Assembly (NCBI GenBank): GCA_017461475.1
Contig: JAFTXX010000014.1
Coordinates: forward strand, 20,779-84,778
Length of the DNA: 64,000 nt
Reading direction: 5' to 3'
DNA from: Clostridia bacterium
Lineage (GTDB): Bacteria; Bacillota; Clostridia; Oscillospirales; CAG-272
Shown here: positions 48,901 through 55,686 of the stretch, piece after piece
Layout of the letters: every line of letters starts with the position of its first letter
How positions within the stretch are numbered: the stretch's first letter is position 1
Made by a program: the position numbers and the translations under genes
The notes under the pieces: generated by a model
What the model saw: the letters and a program-made list of their open reading frames with translations, nothing else
Database searches by the model: none
What the model was told of the DNA's origin: nothing

Positions 48901-51900
48901 AAGTCCCTTTAGGGGGAAACACTTTCGGATTCATCCGTAGTATATCACAATTTAATGACGGTGTCAATACCTTCGGTGAAAAAGGTAAAAAAGAAACCTC
49001 ACAGCTCATTGATGCCAAAAGCACCAATGCAACGGTCAATGCCGATTCTGTGGTGGTTCCTACTGATAGTATCCCCCACCTTTCCGAAAATGTCAAGGGT
49101 TATTTTGACGATTCGGCTTTGAAAAACGTCAGGCTTGACGCGAAGCAAAAGGAATTTGTGGCTTTTGCGCGGTTGTTTTCCGATGTGTTCGGGGTAAACG
49201 TTACCTTTGTTGCCTCGGAGAAGGGAAAGCGTAAGGAGAACGGCTCTTACGACCGTAATACCAATACGATCACACTTGATATATTTTCGGGTATTGATAA
49301 TAACGCGAACTACAATGCGGTACAGTCCGCTTTATCAAATACGCTCTCTCACGAGGTCGTACATAATATGAGTGCTGTTTCCCCCGAATATTATGACGCG
49401 CTGAGTGAGTATGTATTTGAAGCTCTCAAGTCTCAGGGAATGGACATAGAAGAGAGAATACAGTACTACATAGAGAATGCGAGAGCCGAGAACAAGAAGC
49501 TGTCAAGAGAGGATGCCATAGAGGAGATCGTGGCTCACGCTTGCGACGGTATGCTGAGAACCTCTGAGACCGTAAGAGAGTTTATGGAAGGCTTCTACGA
49601 CAAGGACAGTAAGGCGGCGAATAAGTTCAGCAAGTTTGTTAAGGACGTACTGAAGCGGCTGAAGAGTGTCTTTGATACGCTTCTCGGAACAAAGGCATAC
49701 TCACAGGAGGCTCGCGCCATCTATAAGGCGGGAGCGGATGCGGTGGCAGAGATACAGAAGCTTTACGACGAAGGCGTTCTTGCTATGCGCGAGGGGAATG
49801 TGGCGAGAAATTATGAAATTGAGAGCAAGAGTGATAAGAGTGAAGAGACTGTAAAAATGTATCAATCTCGCGAAACTTTGGAACAAGCCGCCGATGAAAT
49901 GGAGAAGATCAGTGCTGAGAAATACTTGCAAGACAAATCAAAATACCCTTTTATTCAGGTTATGGATCACACTCCACAGAAGGTTATTGATTCTATGGAG
50001 GGAGGAAAAAACCGTCGTATTTTGATTCGTCGTGATGCTTTATATCTTGCAATCAGAGAGAACGGTGTGCAAGAGGGGCATTACCATGGACTGGGAGCCG
50101 AGGTGATAAAAAAACTGCCTGAATACTTGGGATCTCCAGACGTTATTCTTTCAACTATTGATAAGGATACAGGCAAGGAAAGTAAGAATCGGCGTATCAT
50201 TTTAACAGGTATTGACGGAGCAAACGGTCAGGGAATCGTATCTGTGGAATTTGAGTCAATGAAGGATTTTGAGGGGCATAATGATTATTTTAATATCATT
50301 ATTACCGTCTTTGATCTGCACAAGAATTACCTTGAACGACTTTTCAAAAAACAAGGCGCGATTATTAAGGAACAAAAAGAGAGCCTTGCGCAAGTGAATC
50401 CTCAACTGTATGAGTGGTTGAGAACTATTAACGCAAAACTCTCTGGTAATAGTATACCCGATTCTGCTCAAAAAGTCAAGACCTACGGTGAAAAAAAGGA
50501 TACAAAAAAAGAAGAATCGGCGCAAGTTAATTCCCAAGTCCAATACGAGGGCATTATTAACGCTAACTCTTCTAACGATAGTATATCACAAAACGATATT
50601 TCTGTCAAGGAGAACCGCAAAAATAATTCTGACTCTTCCGTGATGAAGCAAGAGAGAATAACGGTTGATATGAGTGAAACGGAACGGGCCGAAATATTGA
50701 GAAAGGCAAAGATAAGTCCGCCTGCTATTGAAATATCTGAAAATTTCGACGTGGATTTTAAAGAACTTGAAAAGAGCAATTGGAAAGTAGTAAAAAAACC
50801 TATGCTCGAAAAATTGCGTGAGCTTGGTTTCTTAAAATCGTATCGGAGCGACAAGATAGATGTAGAATTTCATTTTACAGGCGAGGGCTTGCGTAAGAGT
50901 ACAAATTCACAAATCTTTGAGTACGGCGGCAGCTTGGCAGATCTTTCCAAGGTCGTTATGAATATGCAGTCAATACTTGATAGTGCAGTTTTACTTGAAA
51001 TACACTCGGATAAAGCAAAGGGGACACCAAAGGAAAATTCCCGACTTTTGCGAACCTACGTATTGTTAAGCGCATTCAGAGAAGGCGAAACGATTACTCC
51101 CGTACAGTTTGAGGTAAAGCAGTACGTAGATAATGACAATCGCCTGTACCTTGCCGTGGCATTAACAAAAATAGAGACAGATGTCATCAGCGATACGGCT
51201 CCGCAAAAAGCGGAACGGACACGCCTGGTATCTGTCTCTGATATAAGTATACCACAATTGATAGAAAAAATCAACCCCTATGATAAAAATTTCTTCAAGT
51301 ACATTCCCGACGAATTCTTAAACAAGGCACAGCTCGAAGCAAAGCGAGAGGCGCTTTCGATTGAGGCAAAAAAATATGGAAAAAAATCTGACAAATTAAG
51401 CCAGGAGCGCATTTCCACGCCTGAGCCGTATTCGGGGAAAAATTTATATACGGACGGAGACATATACAGTTATGATTTTATGACGGCTTTGGCTCCGATG
51501 GTGGTAAAGACAATGCCTTCGTTAAGCTCTGTAAAAAAAGACGGTAAGGTTTCACAAGCTAAAGCTATTGAAGTCGGACTTAAAAACGCTGAAGGATTGG
51601 GTAGAAGGGTCTCCGAAAATCAATATGCGGTGAAGAACGTTTATACGGGCAGAGAGATCGTTCTCGGTAAAAGCGGATTGGGGCATAGCCTTGACGCTTC
51701 AAGCGTTCATAGACTGCGTACAAATGCAAGGCTTGCCGCTATTGGCGGAGACATAGTACAAAATGCGGTGCCGATAAACGGATTAAAGAAGAAAAATTCT
51801 CAGGCAAACGGAACGTATGCTATGGCTTGTCTTGTAAATGACGGAAACGGTTATGTTGTTGCTATAGTTACTGTCGATGAGTTTTCCTCTAAAGCAATTG

Positions 51901-54900
51901 GTATTGACTTTGTAGATATTGCGCATTCCTTAAACGGAAGATTTTTGGCAAAAAAAGAAGATAGCCGGTCTTCCGCAAGGGAATTGGAGTCAGGACAAAA
52001 ATCCGTCTCCACCACAGCTATCTCTGATATAAGTATATCAGATTTTCTCGAAATTGTCAATAGCACACACAAAAGTATTTTATCTGATGACGTGTTGAAG
52101 CATTTGAAAGAAGTAAGACCGAGCGAAGGATATTATTCTGATCAAGTTTTGTTCCAAGAGCGCATTTCTACGCCTGAGCCCTCGGAGCTTCTCGGGGAGC
52201 TTTTCCGTTCGAAGGAAGCTTACAAGAGCTATGGCAAGTACACCGAGAGTCTGAAGAAGTATCAGGATCTTGCCGTTCGTGTGAGAAATCAAGAGAAGCG
52301 TATCTCCGAGATAGACGCTGAGATAGGCAGTCTGAGGAGCGAAAAGAAGCAGAGCGGCAAGGGCGCGCGAATGGACGAGCTCTACCGTATGCGGAGAACA
52401 GCCGAGGGGAAGATCGACGAATACAAAAAGCGTATGTTCGCTATGGAAGCTCGGGAGCTTAGCGCGGTCGTTGCGGCTGAGACTGACAGGGTGAGAAAAG
52501 AGGTTCAGCTTGCTGAGCGTGAGAAATACGCGAAAAAGAGTAAGGAGAGGACGGAAGGTCTCATACGTAAGGAGACGCGCGCCAAGCTCAGGCGAGTGGT
52601 CAAGGAGCTTAACCGTCGTCTGAACCACGGAACAAAGGAAAAGAACGTAAAGGTCGGTATGCAGGACGTTGTAGGAAGCGCCCTTAAGGCGGCTGAGCTT
52701 TTGTTTGCCGATGATATAACCAACGCTGATATTATTGAATACGGCTTTGATCATCTGAGCGACAACGAAAAAAAGCTTGTAGATGAATACAAGCAGTTGT
52801 TGAAGTCCCGTGCGGTGCTTGAGGAGGAGTTGAGTCCTCAAAAGGTGGTTGTAGAAATTGAAGAAAATTCTGAAAAATATGGTGATGTGCAGAAGGATTT
52901 GTGGATAAATGTGGGAAGCGCTAAAAATGCTGATACAAATCACATTTACGCAATTACAAACAAAAAAGAAGAATTGCCCACCCATTACGGCGTGGGTAGC
53001 CCCACAGAAGCGGGTAACTACCTCCAAAACAATCCTTCTAATGTCATTATACCCCATTCTTCCGAAAAAGTCAATACTTCTTCCGAAAAAAATGCGATAC
53101 AGAAGAAGATAAACGGTATTGACTATCGCCTGAGGAAGCTTGACGAGGCGCTGAGGGACCGTTTGGAGGGTATGCGAAGCTTCTATAATTCGGCTGTCAT
53201 TGACGATGCGCTGGACGAGCTTGCGGCGGCGTATTCCGAGCTGAAAAACTCCAAGGACGACTACATAAGGGGAGCCTACGACGAGCTTGTGGCTGAACGG
53301 CTTGAAGGCGCTAAGGCGGCTCTGAGAGGCGTTACGGTACGCCATATGAGTACTGAGCAACTTCGGGAGCTGTACTCTCTTTACAAGATGGTTCTGACGA
53401 CTGTACGCACGTCTGACAAGCTGTTTACCGAGGGCAAAAACGCAAGTGTAGCTGACGAGGCTGCCACTATTGAAAACGAGCTCTTGTCCGATGGCGAGCC
53501 GAAGGAAAAAAAGCTGAAGCTCTTGCAATATCCTGAGAGCTTTGCTTGGAATATGCTCATACCCGCGTATGCGTTTGACATTATTCGATCACATACGCTG
53601 CGTGCGCTTTACAAAAGGCTTGTATCTGCTGAGGGCGTATGGGGCAAGGATGTGGAAGAGGCGCAAAAATTCAAGGTGGATATGGATAAAAAGTATGGAG
53701 CAAATAAGTGGGATACCGACGAGCAGTTCGTTTTTCACACTCCGAGCGGAAAGGAGGGCTCCGTAAGCTTAAATCAGATAATGTCGATATATGCCTATAC
53801 GCTTCGGGGAAAGCAGGCGACGGATCACCTTGACAGGAGCGGATTTTGTCATTCCAAGTCGATAATCGTTAAGGAATCGAAATGGGTAGGCTTGAGGATA
53901 AAGCGCAGCTACACATGGAATCACTCGGCGGTCTGGCGGCTTTCTCCCGAAATAAGGGAGCAGCTGATATCAAAGCTTTCGGCAGAACAGAAGGCGTATG
54001 TCGAGGAGATGCAGAAATATCTTTCCAAGGATTGCGCTAAAAAGGGAAATGAGGTTTCTCGCAAATTGTACGGTATCGAGATATTCGGGGAGGAATTTTA
54101 TTTTCCGATGCATTCGGCGGAGCAATATATATCTGAAAAGGAAAAAAGCAATCCGGGGGCGGTACCTCGCTTGAAAAATTCGGGATTTACGAAAAAAATA
54201 AGTCCAAATTCGACAAGTCCCTTGGTTCTTGATGGATTTACCGACGTATGGGCAAAGCACTGCGCCGACATGGCTGCTTATCACGCCTTTACTTTGCCTC
54301 TTGAGGATATGGCGAGGGTATTTAATCACAGACGGCGAGGGACGGACGGTGCTGTGGAGGGCTCTGTTCAGGCAACGCTCAGCGGGATCTACGGAGACGC
54401 GGCATCAGCATACGTAAAGCGGCTTATAGATGAGCTGAACGGCGGTGTGAGAGTGGAGACTACTGCGGGATTTATGAACAAATTTATGTCTCTGCACAAG
54501 ATGGGCGCTACGGCTATGTCTCTGTCAACACTTGTGCAACAGCCCACGTCGATCTTTCGGGCTATGGCATATATAAATCCTAGGTATTTTATGACTTATG
54601 CTCAAATGACTCCGAGCAAGCACAGGGCGGAGTGGGAAGAGATAAAAAAATATGCTCCTGTGGCAATACTTAAGGAAATGGGCGGATACGATACGGGCGC
54701 AGGCGCGGCTACTGCCGATTATATCAGATCCAAAAGCTATGAGGGCTTTAAGGAAAAAGCGGCTGCTCTGATAAAGGACAGCGCCTACCGAAATAATGTG
54801 ATGTATGCTTTGCCGTCTCTTGCTGATGAGCTGGCGTGGTGTCATATCTGGGCGGCGGTGAAAAAGGAAATAGCCGATACTACAGAACTTACGGAGGGGA

Positions 54901-55610
54901 GCAATGCGTTTCTTGAAGCCTGTGGAGAGCGCTTTACGGATGTAGTTACCCATACTCAGGTATACGATTCTGTTCTTGCAAGAAGTCCTCTTATGCGATC
55001 TAAAGACCCGACCACTAAGATGCTCACAGCCTTCTCGGCGGAGCCTACTGTAGTTACAAATATGGTAGCCTACGGAATTATTGAGGGTAAGCGGGGAAAT
55101 CACGCCTTTGCCGCACGCATCATAGGCAGTTCTGTTGCCACTATGATAGCTAATGCAGCTGTCGTATCGCTGGCTTATGCTGCAAGAGATGACGATGAGG
55201 ACGAGACATTTACCGAAAAGTATATTGAGGCTCTTACAACCGAGCTTATTGAGGGCTTTAATCCTTTGACCTACATTCCGTTTATCAGGGACATATGGTC
55301 TGTTATGCTCGGATACGACGTGGAGCGTACCGATCTTTCTGTCATAGCCGATCTGTGGCGTTCCTTTGAGGGGATGTTCAGCAAGCGGAAGAGTATGTTT
55401 GATAAATTCACCGATCTTATCGGAGATATTGCTAAGCTTTTTGGCTTGCCCGTTGGCAATCTTATGCGTGAGGCAATGGCTATCTACAATATGGTCAAGC
55501 TGTTGATTGGATCTTTCGAAGGAGAGACGACTGACGGAGAGGGTATTGGTAATGCGCTATTGAAGGCGGCGGAAAACGCTGTGCCATTGATCGATAAGCT
55601 AAACTCTTAA
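45957..55610 (+). CDS. Giant polyvalent virion/ejection protein (3217 aa) with a zincin HExxH segment and several MuF-C/LPD3-like domains
   Basis: HEVVH at 49350-49364; discrete AT-richer domains at about 48410-48860, 49860-50370, 50640-51170 and 51430-51950, plus a remnant at 52835-52960; helical scaffold elsewhere. Confidence 0.8.
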   Translation: MAQRMSVDEAWKRTQKRYLSTQAMAASHNMSDFEKKYSSDYLSSWRRSGELSDYYAAIEKQLSSARTLRDYYELYGNDEQKGYISALDEAIGGYSGVLNERSKVEELYGAYSSEGAWKSAVAKSEADIAENNRLQGLNIEELSAQSADLGEQIRTLNQKKIRTIREEGLTQDERTEYDNQIKKLQSQKKNIDSDIEKANKLTRLGELEAVENNEDFELASAFDDSVQSSTYRIINGLSLYDANVREGKRIEEDGWHYDVGQSSEDAIFAEHMTSEEKKRYNALYYDDPAKAKEYLDALDPIIASRAAASAYQYGREHPVLGTLASVYSNATGAVTQFGSMVKFEDVGYNQSANLSTSLRSGVSSEMSPLGSFLYNTGVSAAESLLASMVPYAGEAMLALSSAASTQNDILSRGGTGAQAMIGGLAAGVAEAFFEHVSLSSLRSMQPTEIVSSFKSFMGNVGKEMLTNAGEEAATEFANIMTDTFIMGELSSFNTLADKYAAKGMSETEAMWNAALALAGQIGEAAASGAVMGLGFSSVGGGVGLSQNYAAGQSIINGKNDFFVDDVLNDSQILFNDEAVKAAKDEDAALIKQAKKLSQKVAEKKDSRSPAQAIRVGALAKEVMKEEVKLVMKELNETATRNVAKAAQTAEAEGNMATASGQGAEIRRSSGLPIVRAEGQELSEIFVERDGEVVSLEDVSVEDVDLAVAYSLAVTTGSVEAANAFIDAYASEEEKASPVAFWSAWMGIMTDGQTLRTTEENMQRAFAEYGDQLSQEAKLAAWLAGVELKQAERKRKLEAANSARMARETSESSASEVFMYRKNGSFTEDKYFRTQMAKWERLKHGGYIKVGELSAESPLCQVGMPVGTLRYDVDKLKKNMTDHADYLDVELLKQIPDIIADPVAISEYREGNTISVFGDIFVGDSPMMVGVTVSKDRAGNTISKVRTYNTRRDVGKLITDDTVLYLDKNKKRTRKWFQACGIQVPLGGNTFGFIRSISQFNDGVNTFGEKGKKETSQLIDAKSTNATVNADSVVVPTDSIPHLSENVKGYFDDSALKNVRLDAKQKEFVAFARLFSDVFGVNVTFVASEKGKRKENGSYDRNTNTITLDIFSGIDNNANYNAVQSALSNTLSHEVVHNMSAVSPEYYDALSEYVFEALKSQGMDIEERIQYYIENARAENKKLSREDAIEEIVAHACDGMLRTSETVREFMEGFYDKDSKAANKFSKFVKDVLKRLKSVFDTLLGTKAYSQEARAIYKAGADAVAEIQKLYDEGVLAMREGNVARNYEIESKSDKSEETVKMYQSRETLEQAADEMEKISAEKYLQDKSKYPFIQVMDHTPQKVIDSMEGGKNRRILIRRDALYLAIRENGVQEGHYHGLGAEVIKKLPEYLGSPDVILSTIDKDTGKESKNRRIILTGIDGANGQGIVSVEFESMKDFEGHNDYFNIIITVFDLHKNYLERLFKKQGAIIKEQKESLAQVNPQLYEWLRTINAKLSGNSIPDSAQKVKTYGEKKDTKKEESAQVNSQVQYEGIINANSSNDSISQNDISVKENRKNNSDSSVMKQERITVDMSETERAEILRKAKISPPAIEISENFDVDFKELEKSNWKVVKKPMLEKLRELGFLKSYRSDKIDVEFHFTGEGLRKSTNSQIFEYGGSLADLSKVVMNMQSILDSAVLLEIHSDKAKGTPKENSRLLRTYVLLSAFREGETITPVQFEVKQYVDNDNRLYLAVALTKIETDVISDTAPQKAERTRLVSVSDISIPQLIEKINPYDKNFFKYIPDEFLNKAQLEAKREALSIEAKKYGKKSDKLSQERISTPEPYSGKNLYTDGDIYSYDFMTALAPMVVKTMPSLSSVKKDGKVSQAKAIEVGLKNAEGLGRRVSENQYAVKNVYTGREIVLGKSGLGHSLDASSVHRLRTNARLAAIGGDIVQNAVPINGLKKKNSQANGTYAMACLVNDGNGYVVAIVTVDEFSSKAIGIDFVDIAHSLNGRFLAKKEDSRSSARELESGQKSVSTTAISDISISDFLEIVNSTHKSILSDDVLKHLKEVRPSEGYYSDQVLFQERISTPEPSELLGELFRSKEAYKSYGKYTESLKKYQDLAVRVRNQEKRISEIDAEIGSLRSEKKQSGKGARMDELYRMRRTAEGKIDEYKKRMFAMEARELSAVVAAETDRVRKEVQLAEREKYAKKSKERTEGLIRKETRAKLRRVVKELNRRLNHGTKEKNVKVGMQDVVGSALKAAELLFADDITNADIIEYGFDHLSDNEKKLVDEYKQLLKSRAVLEEELSPQKVVVEIEENSEKYGDVQKDLWINVGSAKNADTNHIYAITNKKEELPTHYGVGSPTEAGNYLQNNPSNVIIPHSSEKVNTSSEKNAIQKKINGIDYRLRKLDEALRDRLEGMRSFYNSAVIDDALDELAAAYSELKNSKDDYIRGAYDELVAERLEGAKAALRGVTVRHMSTEQLRELYSLYKMVLTTVRTSDKLFTEGKNASVADEAATIENELLSDGEPKEKKLKLLQYPESFAWNMLIPAYAFDIIRSHTLRALYKRLVSAEGVWGKDVEEAQKFKVDMDKKYGANKWDTDEQFVFHTPSGKEGSVSLNQIMSIYAYTLRGKQATDHLDRSGFCHSKSIIVKESKWVGLRIKRSYTWNHSAVWRLSPEIREQLISKLSAEQKAYVEEMQKYLSKDCAKKGNEVSRKLYGIEIFGEEFYFPMHSAEQYISEKEKSNPGAVPRLKNSGFTKKISPNSTSPLVLDGFTDVWAKHCADMAAYHAFTLPLEDMARVFNHRRRGTDGAVEGSVQATLSGIYGDAASAYVKRLIDELNGGVRVETTAGFMNKFMSLHKMGATAMSLSTLVQQPTSIFRAMAYINPRYFMTYAQMTPSKHRAEWEEIKKYAPVAILKEMGGYDTGAGAATADYIRSKSYEGFKEKAAALIKDSAYRNNVMYALPSLADELAWCHIWAAVKKEIADTTELTEGSNAFLEACGERFTDVVTHTQVYDSVLARSPLMRSKDPTTKMLTAFSAEPTVVTNMVAYGIIEGKRGNHAFAARIIGSSVATMIANAAVVSLAYAARDDDEDETFTEKYIEALTTELIEGFNPLTYIPFIRDIWSVMLGYDVERTDLSVIADLWRSFEGMFSKRKSMFDKFTDLIGDIAKLFGLPVGNLMREAMAIYNMVKLLIGSFEGETTDGEGIGNALLKAAENAVPLIDKLNS
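48855..48967 (-). ncRNA. Embedded antisense sRNA cassette 1
   Basis: TTGACA-17-(TGA)TATACT at 48967-48939; terminal stem gaatccgaaa/tttcgggttc; U-tract. Confidence 0.75.
48987..49096 (-). ncRNA. Embedded antisense sRNA cassette 2 (degenerate -10)
   Basis: TTGACA-17-GATACT at 49096-49068; stem aggaaccaccacag/ctgtgaggtttct; U6. Confidence 0.6.
50371..50479 (-). ncRNA. Embedded antisense sRNA cassette 3
   Basis: TTGACT-17-TATACT at 50479-50451; stem agagagttttgcg/cgcaaggctctct; U-tract. Confidence 0.75.
50504..50608 (-). ncRNA. Embedded antisense sRNA cassette 4
   Basis: TTGACA-17-(TGA)TATACT at 50608-50580; stem agaagagttagcg/cgccgattcttct; U7. Confidence 0.78.
51164..51274 (-). ncRNA. Embedded antisense sRNA cassette 5
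   Basis: TTGATT-17-(TGG)TATACT at 51274-51246; perfect 10-bp stem agagacagat/atctgtctct; inner tccgc/gcgga hairpin; U-tract. Confidence 0.75.
51401..51427 (+). repeat. 27-bp direct repeat copy 1 (QERISTPEP)
   Basis: ccaggagcgcatttccacgcctgagcc; second copy at 52154. Confidence 0.85.
51950..52060 (-). ncRNA. Embedded antisense sRNA cassette 6
   Basis: TTGACA-17-(TGA)TATACT at 52060-52032; stem agatagc/gctatct; U7. Confidence 0.75.
52154..52180 (+). repeat. 27-bp direct repeat copy 2 (QERISTPEP)
   Basis: ccaagagcgcatttctacgcctgagcc; 25/27 identical to 51401-51427. Confidence 0.85.
52962..53074 (-). ncRNA. Embedded antisense sRNA cassette 7
   Basis: TTGACT-17-TATAAT at 53074-53046; stem agaaggattg/caattcttct; inner hairpins; U-tract. 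Confidence 0.75.
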
Positions 55611-55619
55611 AAATACGCT

Positions 55620-55657
55620 GGGGGGACTCCCATATGAGTCCTCCCTTTTGTTATAAT
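55620..55657 (+). promoter_or_regulatory. Late promoter motif 3
   Basis: GGGGGGACTC-N22-TATAAT. Confidence 0.75.
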
Positions 55658-55686
55658 TAAGGCATTAGGATCAGTAGGAGGAAAAA

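Noticed and set aside
51401-52180. Repeat pair as a DGR template/variable repeat
   Set aside because: Only 27 bp, the differences are not adenine-specific, and no reverse transcriptase is in the phage.
48855-53074. Embedded cassettes as tRNA genes, introns or inteins
   Set aside because: No T-loop or CCA consensus, no group I/II intron or intein terminal motifs, and the reading frame is uninterrupted.
52080-53528. 482-aa antisense ORF (and other minus-strand ORFs in the giant gene) as products of the antisense promoters
   Set aside because: Shadow-ORF composition with no RBS; each promoter runs into a stem and U-tract within about 85 nt.
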